A stretch of 64,000 nucleotides of DNA from Lytechinus pictus (taxonomy: Eukaryota), in assembly GCF_037042905.1 (NCBI RefSeq), contig NC_087246.1, positions 1,924,001-1,988,000 on the forward strand. Direction: 5' to 3'. Positions within the stretch are counted from its first letter, which is position 1. Every line of letters starts with the position of its first letter. The translations under genes and the position numbers were made by a program. The notes below the pieces were generated by a model. The model saw only the letters and a list, made by a program, of their open reading frames with translations. It was not told the origin of the DNA and ran no database searches. Positions 1 through 28,291 of this stretch are shown here, piece after piece.

Positions 1-289
1 CTTTTAGGGGCCATGGCCCAACCCTTCCATACTCACATACGACAGTGCTATGTGGTTGGGGTCCTGGGCGGAGCCCCCGGAACTTCTTGATATCAAAGCC
101 ATTTAAACCTCGCAGATTGCCGCCATTTTAATCGAATCGCGGGCATATACAGGATATAGCTTTTACACAACACATTCATTCAACCCAGTTGCGTAATGAA
201 CCCAAATGTTTTGAGGGGGCAAAACATAGCGATGTGGGAAAATTTGTAGAAAGTCGCCAGTGAGCAAAGCGAGCTGGGAAAAAAAATAA

Positions 290-2688
290 TTATTATTTTT
301 TTTTATTATTATTATTTATTTCGGCATTGAAAAGTATAGAAATTGGTACAGTGAAGTACAACACATAATAAACATAACAGGGTATAGATTGAGCACCCAC
401 TGGACTGCCAGGGTCAAATAAAGTTAACTGAATTACTGTAGTCAATGAAGACCATTTGACCCTATCCAGTGGGTGCTTACATAAAACAGAAGCGGATAAA
501 AGAGTGAGTATGAACAGAAGGTTTAAGATCAATTATAATAGAATAACATAGGTCTACTTGATATCACTTCATCTTAACTTAAAATATTAATATCAATGAA
601 TTTAAATTTAAAAATAAAATAGTCGCTACGAAGATATAAAAACAACAAGGATAACTGCCACAAACACAATCCTAAATAATAAACTCCTGCAAAGATAAAC
701 ATGGTCATTCATCATCGGCTAAGCACAAAATTGTTTCTTAGTTCATTCGTCCATGAGATAAGTGAGCTAACAACCACCCCAGAGCGCAAACTTACCGGCA
801 ATTCATCCCAGTAACGGGGAAAAGAATTAATAGCTGATAGATGAAGTCGATTTGTTCGCGCTCGGAGGTGGTTGAACTTCACGTCCTCCAAATGCCGACT
901 GTTAATGATAATGGAACGTCTAACTGCATCACAACGTACAATACCATACAAAGCCTTGACAACATAAAATAGTAGTGAAAATTTCCTCCTTGATTCCAAT
1001 GTTTGCCAGTTGAGTTTTAATAATCTGTCATGATAGGACATTTCTTGTCTTTTTTGTTTGAGTATTATGCGGGTGGCTCGTCTCTGAACATTTTCGACCT
1101 TTTGGGATAGATATTTCGTATGCAAGTGCCAAGCTGGTTGACCGTACTCAAGAATCGGAAGAACAATTGTTTTGAACAAGGAGAATATGGAAGATGCGGT
1201 CAAGGACTTAGAGACTGACAATACAAAACCGAGCATACGATTTGCTTTCTTAACAATGTGTTCAACGTGAGTATTCCATTGTAACTTATTATTAAGCATT
1301 ATTCCTAGATACTTGTATTGCTGAACTGATTCTAGAACAATATTGTCATAAGTATAATAAGGTACTCCAGGGTTCTTTGCCCATGTTATCCGTAGAACTT
1401 TAGATTTGGATGAATTAATACGCATTCTATTGTTCGTACACCATGAATGAATATTATCAATATCATTTTGCAACTGACAACTATCAGAGGGTGTAAATAT
1501 TGGTCTGTATAATAACGTATCGTCAGCAAAAAGTGCACATGGTGATATGGTTTGGGAGAGAAGGTCATTTATAAACAAATTAAAGAGATTAAAGAGACAC
1601 GGCCCTAAAACACTGCCTTGCGGTACACCAGAAGTTATGGGCAACCAGCAAGAGGTTGAACCCCTGTAAATTACTCTTTGTTCCCTACCATGAAGGAAGG
1701 AAAAAATCCAATTCCAGACACTTCCACTAATGAAGAATTGTGAAGAGAGCTTTTTCATCAACACGTCATGTGGCATTATATCGAAAGCTTTTGCAAAGTC
1801 GAAAAAGATAACGTCAAGTTTTGGTGTGGGAGAGGTATCAAGAAAATTCAACCATTTGTTTGTAATATTCATTAACTGAGTCACACAAGAGCGGCCTTTC
1901 ACAAAACCATGTTGGTTAGGGTTAAGTAGACAATGGTCACTGATATGTGTTTGAATACGGTTTGTTACGATACGTTCCAATACTTTGCATACAACCGAAG
2001 TTAGGGCAATAGGTCTGTAGTTTTGTACCAGAGCCTTATCCCCGGATTTGAACACAGGGGATATATTGGCACGTTTCCAAGACATAGGCAACCTACCATG
2101 GGAGAGTGAGAGGCGAAATATCTTACATAATACAGGTGTAATGGTAGTAGAACCCAATTTCAACATCATTGGAGTGATTTTGTCTGGACCTGGAGATTTT
2201 TCCTTCTTCAAACCTTTTACCACATTAAGCACATCTATTTCTTTGATTTCAATAGTACGTAAGTATGTAGCAAGTGGATTTTCCTCTAATTGGGGGGTTT
2301 CTATTGGTGCATCAGAATAGGGTGTGAAAACAGAATTGAAATATCGACCAAACAACTCCGCGATCTTATCAGACTCATACAATATTATGTTATTGTCATT
2401 GATTGTTAGAGGATCTTGACTCTTTTTCTGGGCCCTGACGAATGAGAAAAATCTCTTCCTATTATCGGATTCATCAGAAAATAAGCGGTTTATATAGGAA
2501 TGGTATAATCTACTGGTAATAATTTTAATGCGATTCCGTAATTGTCTATACAGTTCCCAATGAGTGTCTAAGCCTGATTTCTTTGCTTTTTTGAATTCTT
2601 GCCTCGATTTGTGAATATCAGGAGTGGAGGAGGATACATAGAGGATAATTATGTGATAGATTTTTCCATTATATTCAGCAAATAACAC
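290..2688 (-). mobile_element. 5'-truncated non-LTR retrotransposon (CR1/L2/Jockey group); reverse transcriptase ORF 712-2688
   Basis: 658-aa frame with KSPGPD, NYRPIALTS, QHGF, DFAKAFD, GVPQGSVLGP, FADD and YLG RT motifs; no endonuclease domain. 3' UTR ends in an A/AAT-rich tail near 290-320. Confidence 0.92.
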
Positions 2689-5236
2689 ACTTAATTGTTT
2701 CCATTCGTTTCATTAATTTGTCTCCTATATTTCTTTTATTTCCCCTTGGGTGTGGAACCAAGACCCCACGCCTGTACGCCAGTGATTGAACGAAAAGCTT
2801 AATGTAGGAAGGGTCCCTACAAGGGGGGGGGGGACGTTATAGAGCCATTTGAATGTTAGGCCTTTAGATGAGGAGCCCCTACTGCGCATGGGGTCTGGGG
2901 CAAAGCTTTTTTGAATAAAATTTAGCAAGCTTATAGCAGAATGTTATATGCATGCAGTCCGTCTTTCTTCCCGCTCTTTATATTCAATCCTCGGCAGCCC
3001 GGTCGTGTTATAAAGTATTTTTTTTCTTGTTCTTTGTTTTCCAATTTAGCTTTTGACGAAATCTATCTTCATTTCCCGCTATTATTTGCCTCTTTGTCAT
3101 CTTTAAATTTATTCCCATCATGCTATTGCTTTACTTAGGCCTGTTTTGAAATGATTTGTTCTTTCTCGAATGTTCTTCTTTCGTTCCTTTTCCCGCTTTC
3201 CTTCCTTTTTCATAAAAAAATAATAAGTTCTTCGTTTTCTTTTGATTTTCCCTTTCCTCCTTTCCTTTTCCCTTTTCCTCCCCCTTTCCTTTCTTCCCCC
3301 TCCCTTTTTTCTTTTTCCCGTTTTTTTTTCCCGGTGATATCCGCCAGGGGGGCAACTTGCCCCCCCTGCCCCCCGCCTGTTACGCCACTGCCACTGCCCC
3401 TGATACTTATTATCATAGGTTTTTCCGTTCAAATCATTTAGGAGTCACTTAAATTTATTAAAGTGCATTTAAATTCACGCGTTGTCGGTCATTGATAGTT
3501 TTTAATCAGACAATTGGATTCATTTGAAGACACTAGAATTCATTTATAATCATTTCAATTAATATATGTTCAAGACTATCTCAAATTTGACTGTTGAACA
3601 GTGTTTGTCACGTGCTTTTGTTTTCGCTCTAAGACAAAGAGGTTCGTCAATGGTATTACAAGTTTGCTCTGTATTAATACTCACGTGTTTTATGGAATGC
3701 AGATTCGGACAAATTAAGACTAACACAAATTACAAACTGTGTGGCTTCTCGTGCGCCATTGGGCTTACCGTCATTCCTTAGACAATTTTAACCCTGGATT
3801 TTAACACGTTTTAAATGTTTTATAAGTGCATGAAACAAAAACAAACATAAAAACAATCAAAACTCAACTGTCATCTTATGATATTTCTCCAACATCTTCT
3901 TGACTCATCAGTGTGTAATATCAGCTAATATATGTGTTAAAATGAAATTAACATACCGCATGAGTGTGCTCATATAGAATGCAAAACTGTCATCCCCTTC
4001 CAAACTAAAAAAAAGATTTCTTTTTGCCAAAATAAGAAAAAATCAACCAAGTTTGGTTATTCAAGTCCATGACAATAACAAGAATAACATGGAAAAAAAA
4101 ACCCTCCGATGTTCATATTCGAAGATACGCTTTAGAGAGAAATGAATGATTATTCTTTCTGAAACCATAAATTGATTTCACTTATTAAAAAATTGTAAAA
4201 ATATGATCATATTATATTGAGCTCACTGAACCTCAATATTTTCATGAGAGGTATCTGATGGGGTCACATGATAAAATGTTTAATATTCAAAAGGGTTGTA
4301 GATTAAATGGGACAAACATCATGCACTTGGATGTGGGGAGGGGTAAATCTGAGAAAAGTTTTTGTATTTTTTCAAGATCTACCCCTCTAGGATTTACGTC
4401 CATGGAGGTTTCCCTGTTTATCTTGCCACCCTTTTCCACCCGTTTATTTTTCCACCCTTTTGAATTAATTGATTTGTTTAAATCAATTTATTCACCACTG
4501 GTGGGATGGAACACCCTATCAACAAAAGTTTTTTTTCGTCGGGGTCCTTTTATGTCATGTGTTTAAAAAATATCATATACCGGTACATAAACATTTCATT
4601 CATTTTCATCTTGAACCTGCACCCATCTGTTTAAAAGTCCTGGAAAAGAATGTTTTTATTTAATAACAATATACACAAATTGCGAGGGAAACAAACTGAT
4701 TGATGGCATACTATAATCATCACTATAATCATCATTATCAAACTTTTCATTTTTTCATCATCATTATTAAAATTTTTCTACCCTGAATTATTTGGGGGGG
4801 GGGGGGGGATGATAATACAGGCCATCCCCCCCCACTTGAAATATTTTGGGGGGGGGGGTATATCCCCCCACCCCCCCCCCCGTGATCGACACCCATGCCG
4901 TCGGGGTACTGTGTACTACTGAATTGAAGTGATTTTCTCGCACAAACTCCCCATTCAGTGCGCGCGCGTACATTATAATTGCAATGGAACACTTTATCGC
5001 GAACTTACCCGGCGAGTTACACGTTAAGCTCGGGTCGCCTTTAAGACCTTAACAGACGTTCAACTTGCGAGGATTTTTAGTCATTTTTTCAAGCAGTTGT
5101 TCATCTGACTGTCATAGCACACCTAATTCCAGACTAAGAAACGGCGCTGTGTCCATTTAAAATCCATTTTCCCTTGTTATGTTTGTAGCAGTTATCATGA
5201 ACAATGTACTTTTAAATGGTTGGTTTCTTTCTTCTT

Positions 5237-5477
5237 CACTATAAAAATATTGCTAAAATTTTAACCAGCACGAGTGTAATTGTGTCCAACTTTGGGCAGT
5301 ATTTTACCAATGCGGGAAGCATATTGTCCAGTAAGATTAACAAATAAGCAGCAATTACTTTAGAATGGGCAACATTTTCATCACACTGGATAAATAAAAA
5401 TGCCCAAAAGAAATGCCCAATGTTGGTTGGACACATAATTCCCCTCGTGAAGCATTTTACCCAATATTTTTAGAGTG
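5237..5477. mobile_element. CACT-terminated MITE (CMC/EnSpm-like)
   Basis: Termini CACTATAAAAATATTG ... CAATATTTTTAGAGTG; 2-bp flank TT on both sides. Confidence 0.6.
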
Positions 5478-6924
5478 TTGGTGTTGAGCGACTTAAGGCA
5501 TGTTGTTGAGAATGTTTATTTGTTTAGGTATGCATGATATGATATTTTTTCCGACAAAAATATGCATTATATTTTTTCCGAAAAATACAAAAAAAGACAA
5601 AAAGTTAGATTAGTCTCGTACTTCGTATAAGCATGTCGTCTAGAATATTAACAGAACATAATATGTCCCAAAATTAAGTCCTAAGATAATTGGTAAGATT
5701 TTGTTATTATTTTTTTTCAAAAAATGTTAGTCCGAATAAGGAAATGCGATCAACCATTATTGTCGTTAGTCACTGTGAAATGTTTGTTTGCTTGCTTTAT
5801 TCGTTAATTTCTCAATATTGTCCACTGTTAAAAAAGAGTGCATCATTCACAAATTTAAGATACAAAACAAAAAATAACTAGTTTTTTAATAATTACGGCA
5901 GGTCTCCACTGCAGACACCTTAACCCTAGCCAGTACACCAATTAATATGTGATTACATCCATATTATTACTAGAAGACACGACCAATTAGACGGGAATAA
6001 CTGCCCCCTAAAAGGATTTTAAAAAGGGGAAATCACTGACGCGTCAATCTGTTAAGCTAAAACAAACTGACGACCATTCTCAGAAAGACAGACTACAATA
6101 TACCAGCTAATCAAGCTAATTGATTACAGTAATACCATTAAAATAGTGAATTATGTTAAAAACATGGCAAGAAGAAATTATTATATGATAAATTGCAGGC
6201 TGAAAACGATAACATAATTAATTCCTGATGATGTAAACTGACTAAAAGGGAACTAAGATTGTTTTCCCCTTAATCGTTGGGAGCAGCCCCCAAAACCGAT
6301 TTTGTATATACAGAATATGATTATATTCATTATATTTTCTCTTACATGTATAAATATGTTGATAACGAAATAACCAAGATGCCTCCTAAGAAAGCGAATA
6401 CAAAACAAAATATAATCGATATTTCGAACGATAAAAATCACACACCTGGAAAGAGAGGACAGTCCGCTGAGACCCTTGAAGCTTTTTTTCCTGTTTGTCT
6501 TCGATGAAGCCTTGATCATCTTTATAATAATATGCTCCTGACATCTTTCTTGTCTTAGAAAATTAAACAAATTTTTTAAAAAGAGAAATCCGTCATCGAT
6601 TGTTTCATAATGATTATATTAATGCAATTATGAAAGCAATTGAAAGTGTTGGAAATGAAAATGTTCACTGTGAAACTGTGCTTGTAAATCATTGACCCCT
6701 TTGATGAAAGTATTCAATGATAGTAAATTAATAAATTGGAGTAATGAAAGTGGCCAACAAATAGGAAGAAAATATATAATCAACAACACAATACATTCGG
6801 TAAAAGAATGTAATAAAACAACGAACAGAGACATTGAAAAGAGCATTCTGCATCTTGACTATAGGCGATTTACCGAACATTAATTATGAAGTTAACATAA
6901 AAAAAAAAGAACAAAAACAAGTGC

Positions 6925-7108
6925 ACACACACATAGTTACCAATAATGCGTAAAGTATTTCCATTTACTTAAATGTAGAATAAAAGGGTAACGTGGATTT
7001 AATGCCTTGCTTACAGGCATAAGTGCCGTGGCCGGGGATCGAATCCCGCGATTTAATGGACTGTTTCAAACTAGTATAAAGGCACCTTAGACCACTCGAC
7101 CACGGAAC
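6925..7108 (-). mobile_element. tRNA-derived SINE (degenerate copy)
   Basis: Reverse strand reads GTGGTCGAGTGGTCTAAGG (A box) ... GGATTCGATCCCC (B box); body is homologous to 7335-7507. Confidence 0.6.
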
Positions 7109-7334
7109 CCCCAACGCACCAGGGATGAATTTTAGCAAGAAAAATGAAACTGATCAAAAGATTTGCCTGTTTGAGGCATTATTATACTATTGTGAGTTTA
7201 TCTTGGTATCTTTTTTTTTTTTTTTTAATGATGTGCTAATTTAGCACTTAAAGTGCTCGTATAGTGACTACACTACGAGTGCTGATTTTCTAGTTTAAAT
7301 TTGAACTAGCAAATCAACACTCGTAGTTTTTTTA

Positions 7335-7507
7335 AAGCACACCTAGTTACCAATAATGCATATAGCATTTCCATTTATTTGAAAGCAGGATAAAACAGCA
7401 TTGTAGATTAGATGCCTTTGCTCACGGGCATAGTTGCCGCGGCCGGGGAGCGAACCCCGGACTTTCCATGTATAGCCAGGCGCCTTAGACCACTCGGCCA
7501 CGGCACT
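7335..7507 (-). mobile_element. tRNA-derived SINE
   Basis: Reverse strand reads GTGGCCGAGTGGTCTAAGGCG ... GGTTCGCTCCCC (Pol III A/B boxes) followed by a non-tRNA body. Confidence 0.7.
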
Positions 7508-7515
7508 ATGGTATC

Positions 7516-9561
7516 CTTTTTTTTTTTTTGAATAATATTTTATTTTCTTCCTCTTTCAAATCAATAAGTTTACAATCACAATTCATATATTAAAGATTAT
7601 TTGTATGTATACAATCAATAAACAATCAAACAAATAAATATATCAATATCAATGAGATTACGAATATTTTTAAAATGATTACAAATGAAATTAAACTGCC
7701 AAATTTCTCTTCTATAACAATGTGAAAGCAGAAGGGAAAAACCCGTATCAATCGACAAAATGAAAAAAACGCACTTTGTAAAAAATGACTTTTTCCCTGA
7801 ATAGAATAGAAATAATCTCTTTTGCACATATTAATTGTACAAGAAATAAAAAAAGGATAAAATATTATTTTAAAGGTTAATTAGAGGAAGGTTATCATAA
7901 AACGTCCCTACACACTCACTTTACCCCCATACCCCCTCCCCCCTCATCTCTCTCCCCAGACACTCACACAAGCTCACTTCAACTCACCACTACTCACAGC
8001 TCCCCCCTCCTCTTCCCCGTCACAAAACTCACACATCCATCTACACACGTACACCCACACACAATGCATCCTGCTCTGGTACAACTATCTGTATTTGAAC
8101 AAATAAACAAAACAGAAACAAAATGAAGCAACCAATACATCCATAGTATTAAGAAAGGTATGCATTGATTTGTTCCCATTTCCTTAAGTGCACCCCCAGC
8201 TTCCCCTTTTTAAACGCTATTTGATATTCCGTATCTCTATACTCTTTAACCAAATGTGTCACTTTCTGTACGGTTGGCAATATTCCCTGTTTTCTTGAAC
8301 TAAAAATGATATACTTAATTAAGAATATAATACAGTTTATTAAAGCTACTCTTGTAGTATTTCCAGATATCCCCATGAAAATTGTTTTCCAAACGTCACT
8401 GCCAAGTTCATTCAGTTGAAATAATTATTTTACTCATCTCTTCCCATAATCGCTTAACTTCAGGACAATAAAAAAATAAATGTTGGTAAGACTCAACTTC
8501 TTTTTTACAAAAGGAACATAAATTATCTGTCTCAAAACCGAATTTAAAAAGTTCCCTTTTTGTGTACACAGCCCCTTGTAATTGTTTGTATTGAAATTCT
8601 CTGTGTTTATTGCATAGCATTGCACATTTCAGTCTCAAAAATACTTCTTTCAGTTCTCCCATTCCCAAATCATATTCGGATTGCCCATCTGTAACATGAA
8701 ATACATAATCAATTTGAAAATTTTCAATGAAGTGGTCATATATTCGTCTAGATTTTATATCACATAGTTTCTGAACATGCCCACACATCATCAATTGAAT
8801 TTCTAAGTTGTCTGTATCCATTTCCATAAAATCATTTTGTATCCACTCTTCTGTTATTACTGAAAATATCTTTTGAATTTTGAGCAAGTTTTCAGATGAA
8901 AATTTCAGATTATACCAGTATGAAACTGGTCTTAATTTACCTCCAACTATTATATCCGAGACCTTAACTATACCTTTCTGAAATAATTCAATATAAAAAA
9001 AGGTCTTATTATTAAGGCATAGACACTTGTTATTAAAAATAATGGGATTACTTTTCCCTCCAAAATGTCTACACTTATCCAATTCGTGCCATGCCTTCAG
9101 CATATCTATGTAAAATAATGGTATACCTTTTAAATTCATTCTACTCGTATCATAATCACACAGAAATATGATTCGACCACCTAAAGAGCTAAAAAAATAT
9201 TCGAAGGTTGCTTTCCAACCCGAACTTTTCCCTCCATCTAGCAAAGGTTTAATCCACATTATTCGTTGGGTCTTAACAAAGACCTCAAAATTTGGAGCTC
9301 TCAGTCCTCCAACAGAATAGTCTTGATATAGAACCTTGCGTTTTATTCTATCTCTTCCTCCCCAAATAAAATTAAAAGAAATTCTTTCTTTTTCCTTAAA
9401 AACGTCTTTTGGGACTGTCATCAGGGAAGAAACATAATTTAATTTTGAAAATGCATACATTTTCAAAAGTTTTATTTTACCATACATCGTAAGATCTCTC
9501 TGCTTCCACCAACCAATAAGTCTTTTAATTTTACACAAGATTTCCTTATAGTTCAAGTCAT
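7516..9561 (-). mobile_element. 5'-truncated L1/Tx1-clade LINE (C-terminal ORF2 fragment 8408-9556 with zinc knuckle)
   Basis: DLTMYGKI, SKLNY, FIW, GGL and CSFC..ES..HLFFYC motifs; poly(A) tail (T-run 7517-7529); 10-bp TSD CTATGGTATC at 7506-7515 and 9562-9571. Confidence 0.9.
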
Positions 9562-9664
9562 CTATGGTATCGATGAATATATATCACTGATTAGCGCCAT
9601 CTGTTGTTTTATCCCGGTCATTGTCCTAGAGGTGCCATCACTGATCTCAGTTATTATCTTATGA

Positions 9665-9890
9665 TGAATAAATAATATAGGATTTGTATAGCGCATGCAC
9701 GTATCCACCTTGCAAGGTGCTCAAGGCGCTTCTATATTACCCCAGCTAAGCTAGTCTACCGATTCTGGTGCGCACAGCTTTTTGAGGAATTACTTCCTGC
9801 CGGTTCCCATTTACCTCACCTGGGTCGAGTGCAGCACAGTGTGGATAATTTTCTTGCTGAAGGAAAACATGCCGTGGGTAGGATTCGATC
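9665..9890 (-). mobile_element. 5'-truncated SINE with conserved central domain and L2-like tail
   Basis: Shares CACTCGACCCAGGTGAGGTAAATGGG core with 61615-61902; reverse-strand tail GCGCCTTGAG...GCGCTATACAAAT. Confidence 0.7.
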
Positions 9891-9905
9891 TTCAGATCTT
9901 CAGTG

Positions 9906-10360
9906 GGTGCCACGCGCGTAAAAAATTTCCTTTAGACTCATGTGTTAAAAATATAGCACTTAAAAAATAATCATACAATGTAAGGATGACATTAAATGGT
10001 CGAATGTTTACTACCAGTGGATAGGATCTATATCAGACATTCCATATCTGACCAGAAAAAAAGGTACATTGAATGGCTCATTTAAAAAATAAATCGGCAT
10101 TTATGAAGACATATCCTGACGGGATCGAATTTGTCACCTGAAACAGAAAAATAGCCCCAATCCTTGCAAGTCAAATAGTTCTAAAATTCTTCCACATTTG
10201 GGAAAAGGAAGTTCGGTGATTGCCCTTCCTAGACTTAGAATCAGTGTTAGATGGCGAATCATATGCATACACTTTTGTCAGTCAACTATATTAAGCTAAA
10301 AAAAAATGGGAATCGAATGAGTATATTCTGCAATCCTGTTGTAATTCAACTCTTGACACC
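9906..10360 (-). mobile_element. Solo, diverged long terminal direct repeat (KolobokP-like), related to 56217-56681
   Basis: Colinear by eye with the reverse complement of the 465-bp repeat (GGTGCCACGCGCGTAAAA..., TTTACTACCAGTGGATAGGAT, AAATAAATCGGCATTTATGAAGA, AGAATCAGTGTTAGAT); GG...CC ends; 455 bp. Confidence 0.8.
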
Positions 10361-10896
10361 TAGACCCCGTTTTATATGAACTTTTTTATTGATAAATGAT
10401 AAAATAAGTTTATTTTATCAACGTCAATGTGCATACATGAGGAATTCATTCGCGCGCAAGGCATTTTGGACAGGAGTAGGATCACATAATTACAAATGTA
10501 TTACATGACATTATTTGTTAAAAAAACTTCATCGATATTGGACATGATTGTGTGTCAAATTTTAAACAACATAATTTTTTGTAGGTTCATACATCATAAT
10601 AGGGCCTTTGAAGACGACATTGGCTGTATTTTTGTGTTTTATTTCAAATATATAGATGTCGGCAATACAGTTCCGTTGTTTCTTTTCACAACGTGTGTTA
10701 TTGAGTGTTTACAGAGGTGTATCAATCAGATCTGATTATTTACATCTGTGACCGACCTTTGAGGTCACCATCCGAATGATGCGACCGGGCTTGAACCTCG
10801 AACCTTTGCTTCAATTTTTAACTTCCCCACGTAGCTTGCATTACATCCGCCATGTCCGCGCTCGACCACGCCAAGGCTCAGTTTTGACTGAAACTA

Positions 10897-11178
10897 CACT
10901 GTTAAAAAAACCCTGATTTTACAGAAAAAACAGAAGAGTTTGCAGAAAGCAATAACAGAATCATTCTGTAAATTCATAAAACATGAAATTTTCTGCAATT
11001 TAACAGAACAGGTCTGTTTAAAAAGGGGGAAATGGTGTTTTCTTAGAGGAAAGTTGTAAGGTTCCACACACCAAATACCAATTTCCTGTAAGATTACGGA
11101 ATCTGGTAAGATTACAGGTGTTCTCAAGACTCTGCTGCAGGAACTTCTTTTATTTTAAGGACAAATTTTCTAACAGTG
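10897..11178. mobile_element. CACTG-terminated MITE
   Basis: TIR CACTGTTA(A/G)AAAA; TA flanks on both sides. Confidence 0.65.
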
Positions 11179-11489
11179 TATGCTTAGTCTTGTTTCAGGT
11201 CTTATATATTTTGTAGCTTGACAAGTGCCAAATTTACGTACTTTATTTTGTTGTACTGTAAATTGTCATTATTGTCAGTTAATGTAAATGATATCTAAAG
11301 ATGAATTTATCATTCTTTGATAAGCTGTGATTTAATACCTGACTGAATGAAAGTCTGCCTTTAATGTGAAATTACCATCGTTTGATTAGCTGTTAAGACT
11401 TGTTGCTATTATCACATAGTTAAAATAACTATAATGATGGTATTCATTCACCAATTAATTAATTAATTAATTAATTAATTAATTCATGC

Positions 11490-11935
11490 ATACATGTACT
11501 CATTCATTCATTCATTCATTTATTCATTCATTCATTCATTCATTCATTCATTCATTCATTCATTTATCCATTCATTCATATGCATTTATTTCGTTCATAG
11601 ATTAAAAATAAGATTTACAAAACATATTGATATAGGAACATACAGAAATAGAAATAATTTATGAAACGAAGAGACAGCTAAGAAGGCAGATAAGCCTTAT
11701 TGATGCTGCCACCAAAAGAACAAAATACCAATTATACAAAAAACAACTTACACCTAAAATCCTAAATACAAAGTAACGATAGAGCCTGTAATATATATAA
11801 AAAAATAAATATTGTGGTTAGCAATAAAATATGAATTTCGTCTCCTTTTGAAAATGGAAAGAGAAAGGCTATCTTTTAAAGGGAGGTTATTCCAAATGAT
11901 TGGACCTGTGAAAAAAATTAGATTGTTTAGCAACA
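11490..11935 (-). mobile_element. 3' end fragment of a Crack/L2-group LINE with (TGAA)n tail
   Basis: Reverse frame FFTGPIIWNNLP..SLSIFKRR; tail motif GAGACAGCT...TGCTGCCACCAAAA shared with 39728-39774; (TTCA)n microsatellite at the 3' end. Confidence 0.65.
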
Positions 11936-12992
11936 TATTAGTTCTCGTCAACATGGTCAATAGTAATGGTTTATGAAACAGGCCCCAAGATACCATACGC
12001 CCAGTCCAAAGTATCTCGAGCTCAGGCAACGATATTGGGTAGGTCAATTCAATAATAAGACATTATAGCTGATATGGAATTTAAACACCCGAACATCAAA
12101 TTCAAACCCTAATTAACTTTTTGACTTGTTCGTATAATCGAGGCATAAACTGATCCTTTATCATATATATATATATATGAATAAATAAGAAAATAAAATA
12201 TAAAATTTATGTAGGACAGATAATGTTTTTAATATGATGAAATCGTATAACTGAATTTGATTTTTTTTTCTGAAGAAAACATAAACGAACGAAAAGCCTA
12301 TATTCATACTATTCATCGTATGACAATCTCCTTTACCTTCTTATAGTGTAAATGATTTTTTTTTTAAAACAAACAATCCCTCAATAAAATTAGGAAGTAG
12401 TGTGTATAAATTAATTTAATAATCATTACATGTAATGTTTTAGCAGATATGGAGGGGAAGTAAGGGGATCCAAAAATTATGATCAAACCTATCTGTAAAC
12501 ACTCAATGCCTTTGAAATATCAATGTATCTGTAGTTTATTCATTTCGAGCAAGGAGGGTATGGTTTGCAATCAGATAAAGACAAAAACAAGATTGTTTGC
12601 TCTTAGTACACTTTACTCATATTCAGAATGTATCTTGAAAATAGAAGATAAACTTTGATCTTATGAGACATTGATAATTAATCATGGTCAAACCACTCAT
12701 ATTGTTTCTGTTTGCATATAATTATATACCGTTACAAGAAAGGTTGGATAACATCACTATACCCCCTTTAACTGGCATTCCTCACTGGAGATAGTAATAT
12801 TATTCTTATACTTCCTCGTTATCATATCTAATTATTCAATGGTCTGATAGTATGTGCACCTATATATTCACGTCAAGGTTATTTATCGTTCCTGCCTCGT
12901 TTATATCATACAAAGGCAATCACACTTGTTTGATAATTACGAGACTTCTAGTTTTTCTAGCCTGATATTGAGATTGAAAAGGAGCAGTAATT

Positions 12993-27323
<14,331 letters not shown>

Positions 27324-27511
27324 TGAGAGAATCATTTGACGACATCACAAGAGACAGTGGCTACCTCGACGATAGAGGTCCGATGTCGAGACATAGGTCG
27401 ACGTCATTAGAACGATCATCGACCTTATACCTCGTCTTCAAACCCATGCTCAAGGACCAATGAAAGGGCTGTCGCATCAACCATCTTTCTCTTAAATTAA
27501 AAACTGTGAAA

Positions 27512-27517
27512 AATAAA
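27512..27517 (+). promoter_or_regulatory. Candidate polyadenylation signal of the SEC14L-like gene
   Basis: First AATAAA seen downstream of the stop codon, about 190 nt away. Confidence 0.35.
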
Positions 27518-28291
27518 GGTGTTGAGAATGGTCCAGTAGCGTATCTTATAAACTTCGCAGACCCTTTTTGGAACGTTGAGGAGTATTGAAAATGCCCGTC
27601 AAATCACAATGGACAGATTAGAGGTCATTGTCGAAAGTTGGTGGACCGGGAAAGCACATCGTCTTTGATTCGGACCGGACTAACAATTGCAAATATGTCG
27701 TTTGTCCAGACTCCAGGACGACATTGCTGTTTTGATTCACCGATCTTCAACAAAGGCTACTCTTTAGGGCTTTTGACAAGAAATTATCAGCGTTATAGAA
27801 AGCATGTGCAATTAAAGGGATTGCTAAAATGCCCTAGCGTTTGGCTAGAGCATGGACCTACTATACCGATTGGTAATACAATACCTTAAAGATGTAGAAC
27901 AAAAAAAAAAGGAAATTGGAAGAGGAAAAAAAAGTATGTAAATTTCAAATTGGCAATCTGATGAGTAGATTGTGTGTCTTGTGGCATGGTCTAGTAGTAT
28001 CCATGCTTTTGATATCGGGGACAATAATTTATTTGCTATTTGTGATTTTATCTTATATATTGATGATTATTTTAATGTTCTGGTAATATCACATTCTCTT
28101 TTCTGTTTCTCTTTTTAGTAAACATCCACTGGATAAGGTCAAATAGGGTAAAACAACTACAGTTATTCTGCCACTTTTCTTTTACCCTGCCAGTGGGTGT
28201 ACAAGTTCTACATGTTTTATATTCTCTTTGTACATTATTCTGTTGTATGCTATTATATTATTTTTTCGTAACATTCTCTATGTACCTAAAT

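Noticed and set aside
12880..12915. TATA box for the SEC14L-like gene
   Set aside because: Only weak TA-rich matches in AT-rich DNA, and the transcription start is unknown.
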